Shown here piece after piece: positions 16,403 to 25,998 of a DNA stretch of 55,559 nucleotides (position 1 is its first letter; the number at the start of each line of letters is the position of its first letter). Source of the DNA: a virus (lineage: Duplodnaviria > Caudoviricetes); IMG/VR virus record IMGVR_UViG_3300037440_000150, positions 1 to 55,559 of that record, one strand, 5' to 3'. The notes below the pieces were generated by a model that saw only the letters and a program-made list of their open reading frames with translations, ran no database searches and was not told where the DNA came from. Made by a program: the position numbers and the translations under genes.

Positions 16403-18757
16403 ATGGCCAAGGCGATCGACATAGCGGCCCTGAAGTCGCTCAGCTTCGAGCAGTTCGACGAGAAGTACCCCCAGTTCATCAAGGGCAAGCCGAACATCGA
16501 CCGTCTGCGGGCCATGAGCCTGCTCAACGAATCGCTCGTCTTCGATGTCCAGACCGGCAGGGCCGACATGCCTCGCGGCGTCCGGATCGACGACCTTCGC
16601 CGCAACCTCATCGACTCGGCAGAACGGGTTTACGGGGTCGATCCGAGGCACCTCCTCGATATCAGGACCGACGCCGAGAAGGCCGCCGATGTCCTGAAGT
16701 CATGGACTGACGCGCCCGAGAAGATATTCGAGGATATCGACGAGGAACTGAAGGCTGTCGAATCGGCCTTCAACCAGTGCGATCTCGGTCTCGACAACTA
16801 CCTTGAGGAGCGGGTCCGGGACGTACAGGCCACCGCAGATGAGCGACGGCATCGGTCGGCCGAGATGGACAAACGCTTGGGAAAAGCCGCCCGGGAGCGG
16901 ATCGAGAGGGTCCGCTCCCTGATCCGGCGGGTCCTGAGACTTCGTCAGCGAGTCCGTGAGGACGCGCCGGCCTTCATGCTCAGGCACGAAGAGCCGCGCG
17001 GCCTTGAGAAACTGCGCGTAGAGAACGGCGATTGGCCCAGGGTGAGGCGGCCCGAGGCGTTGGAGGCCGCCAACCTGGGGCGCTACATGGCCTACGTGTG
17101 CCGGTCCGGCATGGCGCAGGAGGGCGACGGGCCGGAGGAGCGGATTCTGAGCTTCGGCCCCCACCACTACAAGATGTTCGGCGACATCTGGCAGAGCGAG
17201 AACAGCGTCCACATCGGGTTTCCGCTCGGCTCGAACAACCTTGAGCGGATTCAATCGGGAGTCGGTCTGTTCAAGGGCGTGACCCGGTGTCGTGGCGGCG
17301 TGGTGATCGCCCCGCCCGCGCACAGCAAGACCGAGGTGGCGCAGGCATGGACGATGCGTCGGATCGCGCGCAACCCTGCGACCCAGGGGACGTATCTGCA
17401 CAACCGCGAGGACATGGCCCAGACGAGCCTTGCCTACATCGCGTCGGCGTTCAAGCCCGACAACGCGATGGGACGGCGGAATCTGGCGATCTTCCCCGAT
17501 CTGGCGATCGCGACCTCCAATGCGTCCGAGCTTCGGATGCGGCGCGAGAATCGCAAGAAGACCCCGACGCTGGTGGGCGCGGGCGTGATGAGCGACCATC
17601 AGGGCTCGGACAACGACTTCCAGGTCTACGACGACGCGGTACCGCAGTCCGACGTTCACGAGGAATCGGTGCGCGAGCGCCGCATCGCGAAGATCAACGG
17701 GACGTGGCGTCGGCGTCTGAGAGGTCAGAAGCATTTCACGCTGGTGGTCTGCACGCTCTGGCATCACGCAGACTACAACGCGACGCTCATAAGGCAGGCC
17801 AAGGAGGGGAAGGCTCGGTTCCTGGTGAGCCGCCAGTGGGTCGGCGGTCCGAGGACCACGCCGAAGTTCCACGCGCTCTGGGATCGAATCCCGGCGTCGG
17901 AGCTTGAGGCGATCTACATGGAGATGAACGATCCGGTCCTGTGGTCATGCACCTTCATGGCGGACCCGAGGCCGGAAGAGTCGCGCATCATCCGCAAGCT
18001 TCGTTTCTACGACCCCGACGCGGATGAGCACCGGCGGTTCATGATGGCCGGTCCGACCTTCTGGCTGAGTCTCGACCCGTCGTACTCCAACCGTAAGGAA
18101 GCGGATCGGTCCGGGCTGGTCTACGCGGCGCTCGGACTGGTCAGCCGCGAGGAATGGAGCGAAGGCATCCGGGTCGTCACGACCGAGATGCGGCTTCGGA
18201 TCATGGACGCGATCGAGTTCCACGCGACCCAGGCGGAAGGCGCCGACGCTGTCAAGATGTACGCCCTGACCCACAAGGTCGATTCGGTGCTGGTGGAGGC
18301 GCAGTCCGGCGGGATCGGTTCGCTCCAGTGGATCGAGCGCGAGACGAACTGCCGAGTTGAGGGGTATAAGCCGGGCTCCAAGGACAAGGAACTGAGGCTC
18401 AGGATGGCGGCGAAGTGTCTTGAGAACCATTCACAGGCCAAAGTGACGGGCGCGGTGGTTGAGTTCCCGGGCGAGGTGCGGGACGGGAAGATCGTCGGTC
18501 CGGCGATGTCGGTGCGTGGTCTGGTGGGACAGATCCTTGAGTTCGGCATGACGGGCAACGACCACATGCTGGACGCCTGCACCCAGTTGGTGATATACCT
18601 GATGCACGAGCTGAGGCCGGGCGGCGGCGAGTTCAGTGAGCGTGTCCGGGAGTCGATCTCGCGCCAGGGCGACCCGAGGCTGAAGGAACTGGTGAAGTCG
18701 TGGCTTCGTCCTCGGGAGGATGATCGAGTTGAGCAAGAGTGGAATCTGCTGAACTAG
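16403..18757 (+). CDS. terL: Terminase large subunit with long N-terminal extension
   Basis: APPAHSKT Walker A variant, QVYDD Walker B, CTLWHHADY, SLDPS, VLVE, DHMLDACTQ nuclease motifs. Confidence 0.88.
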   Translation: MAKAIDIAALKSLSFEQFDEKYPQFIKGKPNIDRLRAMSLLNESLVFDVQTGRADMPRGVRIDDLRRNLIDSAERVYGVDPRHLLDIRTDAEKAADVLKSWTDAPEKIFEDIDEELKAVESAFNQCDLGLDNYLEERVRDVQATADERRHRSAEMDKRLGKAARERIERVRSLIRRVLRLRQRVREDAPAFMLRHEEPRGLEKLRVENGDWPRVRRPEALEAANLGRYMAYVCRSGMAQEGDGPEERILSFGPHHYKMFGDIWQSENSVHIGFPLGSNNLERIQSGVGLFKGVTRCRGGVVIAPPAHSKTEVAQAWTMRRIARNPATQGTYLHNREDMAQTSLAYIASAFKPDNAMGRRNLAIFPDLAIATSNASELRMRRENRKKTPTLVGAGVMSDHQGSDNDFQVYDDAVPQSDVHEESVRERRIAKINGTWRRRLRGQKHFTLVVCTLWHHADYNATLIRQAKEGKARFLVSRQWVGGPRTTPKFHALWDRIPASELEAIYMEMNDPVLWSCTFMADPRPEESRIIRKLRFYDPDADEHRRFMMAGPTFWLSLDPSYSNRKEADRSGLVYAALGLVSREEWSEGIRVVTTEMRLRIMDAIEFHATQAEGADAVKMYALTHKVDSVLVEAQSGGIGSLQWIERETNCRVEGYKPGSKDKELRLRMAAKCLENHSQAKVTGAVVEFPGEVRDGKIVGPAMSVRGLVGQILEFGMTGNDHMLDACTQLVIYLMHELRPGGGEFSERVRESISRQGDPRLKELVKSWLRPREDDRVEQEWNLLN

Positions 18758-18763
18758 GAGAGG

Positions 18764-19081
18764 GTGATGACGACCAAGAACATCCAATCGTATACGCCGG
18801 GGAAATGGCAGCGCAATGGAACCGATATCGTTGGTCCTGAATGCGAGAGTTCTTATGGACCAACTGTCCGGATCATTGCGAATCTCGTCGGCGATGATGC
18901 GATCAAGGCCGCCAACTGTGATCGCATCCTGCTCGCCGTCAACTGTCACGATGATTTGGTGGCAGCGTGCGAGGAGGCCCTCTCCATGCTGGAGAGTTAC
19001 AACAAGTTTAACCGAACATGGGCCGACAAGTCGTTTGATCCGATCCGAGACGCCATCGCCAAAGCCAAGGTAACGCCATGA
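18764..19081 (+). CDS. Hypothetical protein (HDDLVAACE family)
   Basis: YTPGKW...HDDLVAACEEAL...AIAKAK; AGGAG RBS. Confidence 0.65.
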   Translation: MMTTKNIQSYTPGKWQRNGTDIVGPECESSYGPTVRIIANLVGDDAIKAANCDRILLAVNCHDDLVAACEEALSMLESYNKFNRTWADKSFDPIRDAIAKAKVTP

Positions 19082-19401
19082 CCGAACTCATCGTGATCGC
19101 CATTCTCGGCATCGTCGCGCTCGGCTCAGTAGCGGCGCTCGGCGCGACCGTATACCACGTCACCAAGGCGTCCAACGTGCGAGCCGCCGAGGACTCCAAG
19201 CAGATCGGCAAGCTGCTGGCGAACATCAAGAGCCTCACCGACGCGGTCGTGACGCCACCGCATTCGCAGACCGAGCGAATCGAAGCTGAACAGGGTGGGT
19301 CGGCGCTGCGCACGCACGTGCGGAACAACTCGCGGATGCCGGCGTTCGACGACGCGCCCGGACCCGACCTGAGAGTCCTGATGCCGGGGAACAAGGATTG
19401 A
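19078..19401 (+). CDS. Small membrane protein
   Basis: N-terminal transmembrane helix; between terL and portal. Confidence 0.6.
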   Translation: MTELIVIAILGIVALGSVAALGATVYHVTKASNVRAAEDSKQIGKLLANIKSLTDAVVTPPHSQTERIEAEQGGSALRTHVRNNSRMPAFDDAPGPDLRVLMPGNKD

Positions 19402-19793
19402 TGATGAACATGAGCATTGAGCTTGATCGTGTCATCTTGCTTCCAGGTCAGTCGGGGTACTGGTATCGCATGCCGGACAAAACCCTCAGGTTCGACGGCT
19501 TGGCGTACGAGGCTGATACCGACCGGAAGGTCGCCATCGGTGACGCCATGACGATCAAGACCATCGAGGCCATCACATCCTGGGACGCATATAGAGAAAG
19601 CTGGGCTCAGCGCTGCATCGAGTCGCTGGGGTCGGAACTCGGCGGTGCTCTTTCTGAGAAGTCAAGGTCCATGATCCTGGCGGCATCCGACCGGATCAAG
19701 TATCCCAGGCTTCAATCCGGCGTTCATTACGGCCAATCCACTGGTTCCGTCGTCCCACGGGTAGATTGCGTACCAAGGGATAAGGCTGGGTAG
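19398..19793 (+). CDS. Hypothetical protein
   Basis: Coupled ORF. Confidence 0.55.
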   Translation: MMMNMSIELDRVILLPGQSGYWYRMPDKTLRFDGLAYEADTDRKVAIGDAMTIKTIEAITSWDAYRESWAQRCIESLGSELGGALSEKSRSMILAASDRIKYPRLQSGVHYGQSTGSVVPRVDCVPRDKAG

Positions 19794-19802
19794 AATGAAG
19801 CC

Positions 19803-21887
19803 ATGAAGATACCGCAGGGCGAGAAGGCGCTCGCCTCATTCGTCCGTGACCGTTGCAAAGACTACGAGGAAGTCAGGCGGTCTCACTTCCTCAGCATCTA
19901 CATCGACGCCTGCTACGCTATTGGAGACCAGTGGATCACCGAGCAGACACCCGGAAGGCAGGTCGATTACTCGTCTGGGTCGAGTGTGGCGCGGTGGTAC
20001 AGCCGATACGACCCGTCCGACCCCGAACTCCGCGTAACAGCCAACGAGACGACCCGGCTCATCCAGATGGTCAAGGCGTCCACCAGCCCGACGAACATCG
20101 AAGTGTCGTGCGAGCCGGTGGAGGCCGACCTGGAGGCGGAATCGCTACAGCGGGCCGACCGGGCCGAGAAGGCGGTCAACGCGGTCCTGGAGGAGATCGG
20201 CTACACCGAGAACGCCCGGTGCGCCAACTACGCCAGGACGATCGGCGGGACGTGGGGAATCGGGCTCGGGATGCGGGTGGTGCCGATCGAGATAGACGGC
20301 GAGGAACGGGCCGATCAGAACATGACCGTGTTCGACTTCGACCCGTCGATGCTGACGCTCGACCCGTCCAACTACAGCCCCGACCTGCACCGCCACGAGT
20401 TCGTGATCTACACCGACACCTGGACGGCCGGGAAGCTGGAGCGGATGTTCCCGGGTTGGCTCGAATCCCAGAACGTCAAGGAAGACGATCTCAAGACCAT
20501 CGGGGATCTGGACCCGTTCAAGCACACGATGAACGAAGTATCGGGCGGGCGGCTGTTCGCCGACCATGCCCGTTACAGCAAGACGCGCGGCGTCGTGGTC
20601 CATCAGGTCCACATCCGGGGCGACGACGGGCGGTACACGCTCCAGCACGTCATCGAGGCCGGACGCGACGAGGCCGGTTCGCCCGACGCCGACAGCCCCG
20701 AGAGTCCGTTCGGGGGCGACGGTCTGCCGCTCGTGCTGATCCACGGCCATCCTCGATTCAAGTCGCCGTTCGGGTTGAGCGACGTCCGGTGCCTGAAGGA
20801 AGATCAAGACAAGAACAACCTCGCGGAGACGCTGTTCTGGCGGATTGTACAGAAGGCTACTTCATCGACGACCTACGTGGACGGGCGCTGGTTCAGCGAC
20901 GCTCGCGACGAGGAGTCGGTCGCCCAGAAGTTCACGAACCGAGTCCGCCGGATCATCATCGGATCTCCGCGCAATGACGCCAAGATGCAGGGCGTGGAGG
21001 CCCCGAAGGAAGTCGAGCACAAGGTCGTGGACTTCGGGCTCATGCAGCACGCGGAGCAGCAGAACGAGCGGATGCGCCGCAAGGTTCATCGGGCCGCAGG
21101 TCATGAGGGCGCGGTCAAGACCCACGTGACGGCCGACGCGAACGCGAGGAATCTCGACGAGGCCGATTCGGTGCTGGATGAGCGGGTGCGGGCCGACGTG
21201 ATGGCGCACCGCCGCTTCATTCACGAGATCGTGCTGGGCACGTTGGTGAAGCTGCTGTCGGACAAGACCCCCTGGGCGGCGGCGCTGTTGCGTCGGCACG
21301 GGTTCAGCGCGGACGATCTGGGCGCGCTCGCCGGGATGGACTTCCGCAAGCCCCAGGTGCGGGTGATCCTGCGGGAATCATCTATCCGGCGTCGCTCGCT
21401 GAACGCCAAGAAGGCCGACCTGAACTTCGCCCTGGAGAGGAACGCGATCGACGGTCTCCGCTACCAGCGAATCCTGGCCCAGTACCTCGACACCCCGCTG
21501 GACGACGAGATGGACGACATGGTTCAGAAGGCCCGGCGGGCCGTGTTGGACATCAAGGCAGGCGCCATCTGGGAGCCGGTGCCGCTCGGGGTCTATACGG
21601 ACCTGTTTCTGGACTCATTCCGGCGTGCGATGCTGGATCGGAACTCCGACCCGGACACTCGGTCCAGGCTGGCCGACGCGATCAGGGCACAACAGATTGT
21701 GGCTACGCAGGAACTCATCATGGCCGACCCCAAGATGGCGTTCCAGTTGCAGAGCGCCGCGATGGGGGTACAATCGGGGGCAGCACCCCAGGGGGCAGAG
21801 ACGATTGACCTCGTCTCGCTGGCCCGTTCGCTGGATCAGGCAGGTGGGAGTCCATCGGGACAAGCCCTCCTGCCGTCAGCGGTGTAA
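19803..21887 (+). CDS. Portal protein
   Basis: 694 aa between terL and scaffold/capsid; GDQW N-terminal motif, FGLSDV..LKEDQDKNN as in P22-like portals. Confidence 0.78.
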   Translation: MKIPQGEKALASFVRDRCKDYEEVRRSHFLSIYIDACYAIGDQWITEQTPGRQVDYSSGSSVARWYSRYDPSDPELRVTANETTRLIQMVKASTSPTNIEVSCEPVEADLEAESLQRADRAEKAVNAVLEEIGYTENARCANYARTIGGTWGIGLGMRVVPIEIDGEERADQNMTVFDFDPSMLTLDPSNYSPDLHRHEFVIYTDTWTAGKLERMFPGWLESQNVKEDDLKTIGDLDPFKHTMNEVSGGRLFADHARYSKTRGVVVHQVHIRGDDGRYTLQHVIEAGRDEAGSPDADSPESPFGGDGLPLVLIHGHPRFKSPFGLSDVRCLKEDQDKNNLAETLFWRIVQKATSSTTYVDGRWFSDARDEESVAQKFTNRVRRIIIGSPRNDAKMQGVEAPKEVEHKVVDFGLMQHAEQQNERMRRKVHRAAGHEGAVKTHVTADANARNLDEADSVLDERVRADVMAHRRFIHEIVLGTLVKLLSDKTPWAAALLRRHGFSADDLGALAGMDFRKPQVRVILRESSIRRRSLNAKKADLNFALERNAIDGLRYQRILAQYLDTPLDDEMDDMVQKARRAVLDIKAGAIWEPVPLGVYTDLFLDSFRRAMLDRNSDPDTRSRLADAIRAQQIVATQELIMADPKMAFQLQSAAMGVQSGAAPQGAETIDLVSLARSLDQAGGSPSGQALLPSAV

Positions 21888-21954
21888 GCCTGAGTGAGCG
21901 GAGCCCGTTCGGGCAAGCCGCGCGCGACGGAACACGACACAAAGGAGAACCGTG

Positions 21955-22764
21955 ATGGCGGACAATCAGCCCGAAGGTACTGCTGCACCCACGCAGACAG
22001 AAACTACGCCGGTAGTCCCGGACGGGCATCGTCTCATCACCGAGGCCGAGTATCGGTCTCTCTACGGAGAGGCGACAGCGGCCAGAGGGATGAGGGACTT
22101 CCACACAAAGGCCAAGGAGGCCGGCTTCCAGACCGCAGACAGCTTCGATCAGTTCGACAGGGACGCATACTCGCAGCTCGCGGAGATGCGCAAGTCGGGG
22201 GTCGATCTCGGAAGGCTCAAATCCATGTCTCAGCTTCTCGCGGACAACAAGGCCGAAAAGAACGGCGACTCGGAGTTCGATCCGGAGTCGTTCAAGTCGT
22301 CCATCATGGGCGACTTCGAGAAGCGGCTCGCGTCCGAACGCGCCGAGGGCGAGTACCGGGGCAAGCGTGATTCGGTGTCCAAGCAGATTCGCGACTTCGC
22401 TCGCGAGCTGCTCGGCGAGGACGCGCACGACCTGGAGGTGGACGTGATGAGCGAGGGCCTGAACTGGCGCTCGCTGCTGAAGGGCCGACCGTTCGAGAAG
22501 GACCACCCGCTGCACGACAAGTACGGCATCGACGTGCCGGACGAGGCGACCCTGAAGGAAGTGTTCGAGGAGTTCAAGAAGGCGCGCACCCGCGAGACCG
22601 GCGAGGAGATCGCCAAGGTCGGCGACAAGGCCAACAAGGCCAAGGCGACGGCGGCGGGCGCGGCGTCGGATCAGGGTGCTGCGAAGGAAGCCGACACTTC
22701 CGCGATGAGCATGGAGCAACTGCTCGACCATGAGGCGAGCAAGATCAAGCTTCCGGCTCGATAG
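21955..22764 (+). CDS. Capsid scaffolding protein
   Basis: Acidic, helical, between portal and capsid; AAGGAG RBS. Confidence 0.65.
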   Translation: MADNQPEGTAAPTQTETTPVVPDGHRLITEAEYRSLYGEATAARGMRDFHTKAKEAGFQTADSFDQFDRDAYSQLAEMRKSGVDLGRLKSMSQLLADNKAEKNGDSEFDPESFKSSIMGDFEKRLASERAEGEYRGKRDSVSKQIRDFARELLGEDAHDLEVDVMSEGLNWRSLLKGRPFEKDHPLHDKYGIDVPDEATLKEVFEEFKKARTRETGEEIAKVGDKANKAKATAAGAASDQGAAKEADTSAMSMEQLLDHEASKIKLPAR

Positions 22765-22776
22765 GAGTGATCCGCG

Positions 22777-24177
22777 ATGGCGGAACCGTTCGATTCAGCA
22801 ACCACTTTCCTGACCGACACCGCGTCGGCGATCCGCCAGCTTTATCACGGGTCGTTCGGCCAGCAGATGAACCGATTCGGGCAGGTGTCCAATCGAATCC
22901 TGAAGCCGTCGAAGCGCAGGCTCGACGGCGACGGCATCACCGTCCAGGTGATGAGCAAGAACCTCTACGGGGCTCGTCTGGACACCGATCTCAATGCGGA
23001 CTTCCACACGCCGCGCACGTTCGGGTCCGATTCGTACAAGGCGACGATCTCGGAGACGGCTGGCAGCAACGACTTCCGCCGCGTGTCGATTTCGCTCCAG
23101 ACGACGTGGCTCGATCTGCGTCGCCAGCACCGCACGAATCAGTCCGCCGTGGACTACGCCAAGAAGCTCGTGATGCAAGCGTCCGAGAACATCATGGAGA
23201 CCGTGGCGCTCCACCGCAATCTCGACTCGACGGGCCGGATCGCGCTGGTCAACGGCACGCCGACCCAGAACGACGCCCGGACCGTGGCGGATGCGTCCGC
23301 GACCCCGGCAGCCGGGACCGGTGCTCGATTCATCATCGACAACGGCAGCATCTCCAGCCTGCCCCCCGGACTGGTCATCAGCGCCTACACCGGCGATACC
23401 CTGGACAACTTCTACGAGGTGACGGACTACAACCCGCGCGACAAGTCGGTCGGGGTGAATCTGCTCAACTCCGACGCCAAGACGGTTGACTCGTCCGGAA
23501 CGCCGGACATCGCGGACGACGACGCGATCTATGTCGAAGGCAACAAGGACAAGGCCCTGATCTCGTTCGGAGAGTGGTTCAAGGCCGACGCCGACCTGGC
23601 CTCCGGCGAGAGTTTTCTGGGCAACGACCGCACGACTTCCAGCAAGCGCTGGATGCGGCCGCACTTCTCTGGTCCGACCGCCAACGAGACGTTCAGCAAG
23701 AAGCACATCGACACGTTCTTCGTTGAACTCGGTCACATCGTTCCGAATCCGGAAAAGCCGTACGTCATGGTGTCCACGCCCGAACTCTGGCAGCGGTTCA
23801 TGGACGAGCACGAGAACAACCTGCTCGTGACGTTCCCGACCACGGAGCAGCGCGGCAAGAAGCTGGCCGACGCGGGCTTCGACGGTCAGCCGATCTACCG
23901 TCACCCGTTGGCGGGCCGGATCGCGCTGGTCGCCGACCAGTTCGCTCCGCAGAGCAAGGTCCGGCTCTACCGGCTCGAGGACTGGGAGACCCTGCATCCC
24001 GGCGATCAGCAGTTCGAGTGGATGCCGGGCTACATGGGCAACTGGTATCGCATGCCTTCCAGCACCCCAGGCGGCGGCGACACGACCACGTTACGCATGG
24101 ACGGGCTCATGGCGCTGTGCGACATCTGCCTGATGCCGCGCATCCAGGGCCAGATCGAGAACGTGACCGCGACCTGA
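22777..24177 (+). CDS. Major capsid protein
   Basis: 466 aa after scaffold, AGGAG RBS, strong codon bias, followed by terminator; ends P..QGQIENV. Confidence 0.75.
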   Translation: MAEPFDSATTFLTDTASAIRQLYHGSFGQQMNRFGQVSNRILKPSKRRLDGDGITVQVMSKNLYGARLDTDLNADFHTPRTFGSDSYKATISETAGSNDFRRVSISLQTTWLDLRRQHRTNQSAVDYAKKLVMQASENIMETVALHRNLDSTGRIALVNGTPTQNDARTVADASATPAAGTGARFIIDNGSISSLPPGLVISAYTGDTLDNFYEVTDYNPRDKSVGVNLLNSDAKTVDSSGTPDIADDDAIYVEGNKDKALISFGEWFKADADLASGESFLGNDRTTSSKRWMRPHFSGPTANETFSKKHIDTFFVELGHIVPNPEKPYVMVSTPELWQRFMDEHENNLLVTFPTTEQRGKKLADAGFDGQPIYRHPLAGRIALVADQFAPQSKVRLYRLEDWETLHPGDQQFEWMPGYMGNWYRMPSSTPGGGDTTTLRMDGLMALCDICLMPRIQGQIENVTAT

Positions 24178-24194
24178 TTCTCTCTTTCTCCTCC

Positions 24195-24231
24195 ACCCGT
24201 CCTCACGTCGAGAGATGTTGGGATGGGTTTT
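24195..24231 (+). terminator. Probable terminator after capsid gene
   Basis: ACCCGTCC...GGATGGGT hairpin followed by T run. Confidence 0.45.
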
Positions 24232-24690
24232 ATGAAGTACCCGAACCTACGGGAACTGAGCCAGGGACCGCCGCTCGGAATGAGCGATGGCCACTTCCGC
24301 GCCGTGAAGGAGATGGCGGAGGGGGTGTGCGCCTCGTGCGGGGTCGATGCGTGGATCGACACGCTGAGCGAGGAGGTCGTGTTCGGTCATCGCAACAACG
24401 GCGACGTCGAGACGATCATCGGGTTCGCGCTGTTCAAGGGCCGTAGTACCCCGTGTCACTTCGATCCGGCGATCGACCGCTGGTGCGCTGAGGACGCGAA
24501 GTACGCCGTCTGGCTTGCCCGCCAGCCGATGTCGCGCAAGAAGCGTCAGCTCGCGTGGAACCAGCGGAACCGCAAGGCGGACGACCGTGAACTGATGGGC
24601 CAACTGCTTGAAGAGGACGGTAATCACTGGCTGGACCGGAAAGCGACGCGGGGACGCTCCTCCCTGGTCGTGGACGGCCGCCGCGCATAG
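24223..24690 (+). CDS. Hypothetical protein (start may be 24232)
   Basis: ORF in head module. Confidence 0.55.
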   Translation: MGFMKYPNLRELSQGPPLGMSDGHFRAVKEMAEGVCASCGVDAWIDTLSEEVVFGHRNNGDVETIIGFALFKGRSTPCHFDPAIDRWCAEDAKYAVWLARQPMSRKKRQLAWNQRNRKADDRELMGQLLEEDGNHWLDRKATRGRSSLVVDGRRA

Positions 24691-24699
24691 GAGCTGACC

Positions 24700-25353
24700 A
24701 TGAGTATCGGCGCACGAATCAAGTCCCTTGGCGGCGCGTCCTGGATGGACCCGCTCACGCTCACGTCCGCGACCGCGATCGTCCTTCCGGACGACAGCAA
24801 CGTGTTCTATGTGTCTGGCACGGCGACCTGTACGAGCCTGAAGGGACGCTCCGGCGCGCTATTCGGGCGGACTCTCATCCTCATCGGGACCTCCGGCACG
24901 ACCACGTTCACCCATACGTCCGGCGCTTCGACGAACGGCACGATGGACCTGGGCGGCCAGAACTTCCCGCTCGGAACCGACGACACGCTCGTGCTGACGC
25001 AGAAGAAGGACGGGTCGTGGCGCCGCATCGGCGGCAGTATCGAGCCGTCCCCGACCTCGCTGACCGACCTGACCGCCGCGACCACGACAAGTCTGACGGA
25101 CGGGCAGGATCAGTATCTCATCAGCGGTTCGGCGACCATCACGGACCTGGACGTGACGAGCGTGGAGCCGGGCCGGATCGTCACGATCGTCGGGGACTCC
25201 GACGCCAACGTGGTATTCACCCACACCGCAAGCCCTTCGACCGCCGGAGAGATGTTCCTAGGCGGCGCCAACGTCACCATCACGGCCAACGACTCCATCA
25301 CCCTGATGCTCATGGCGGGCGGAACCTGGGTGATGACATCAACCGTCTCCTGA
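24700..25353 (+). CDS. Virion decoration-like protein with two tandem beta domains
   Basis: Thr/Gly-rich; duplicated SG.AT.T.L...GR...FTHT...G.M.LGG.N...D...L...G.W. Confidence 0.55.
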   Translation: MSIGARIKSLGGASWMDPLTLTSATAIVLPDDSNVFYVSGTATCTSLKGRSGALFGRTLILIGTSGTTTFTHTSGASTNGTMDLGGQNFPLGTDDTLVLTQKKDGSWRRIGGSIEPSPTSLTDLTAATTTSLTDGQDQYLISGSATITDLDVTSVEPGRIVTIVGDSDANVVFTHTASPSTAGEMFLGGANVTITANDSITLMLMAGGTWVMTSTVS

Positions 25354-25384
25354 CCCGTAGTCATAGCCAACGGAAAGGAATCCC

Positions 25385-25987
25385 ATGCCTTCGATCTCAG
25401 CCAATGCGGTGCCGTCAACCAATGGCGCCATCCTGCACAGGTGGTTCGGCTCGCGCCGGGCCGCCGAACTCGTGGAGCGCGTGTCGATCACGGCGGACAC
25501 CGCCGTGATGACGCTGAACAAGAAGGTGCCTGCGCGCTCCAAGGTCATCATGCAGTCGCTCAAGCTCGTCACGGCGGTCGGTCTGGCGCATTCGGCCGCC
25601 TCCGGTACGAGCGTTCTGTGCAACAGCTTCGCGCTTTGCCAGGCTCTTCCGACCACGAATGCCACCTCCGCCACGACCACGATGGTGATGATAACTTCCC
25701 CGACCGGCGCGACGAGCACCAACACGTCCGGCGCAAGTCGATCGATTCCGGCCGGCACCGCGGAGACGAGCGTGACGTTCGCGTACGGCGGCCAGGTCAA
25801 CTCGGCCCTGGAGCACAACACCGCCACGAGTGATTGGACCCTGTACATGATCCCGATTGCCTCGGGCGAATCGGAGGAGTTCAACATCCAATCCGGCACC
25901 GACACTGACGGACATCACTTCGGCACGACAGGCACGGTCGATGTGCAGGTCTGGTACGAGGACTTTGAGACCTACGCCAGCGCGTAG
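25385..25987 (+). CDS. Putative virion structural protein
   Basis: Thr/Ser/Ala-rich, AAAGGA RBS. Confidence 0.55.
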   Translation: MPSISANAVPSTNGAILHRWFGSRRAAELVERVSITADTAVMTLNKKVPARSKVIMQSLKLVTAVGLAHSAASGTSVLCNSFALCQALPTTNATSATTTMVMITSPTGATSTNTSGASRSIPAGTAETSVTFAYGGQVNSALEHNTATSDWTLYMIPIASGESEEFNIQSGTDTDGHHFGTTGTVDVQVWYEDFETYASA

Positions 25988-25998
25988 GGGAGTCGATC

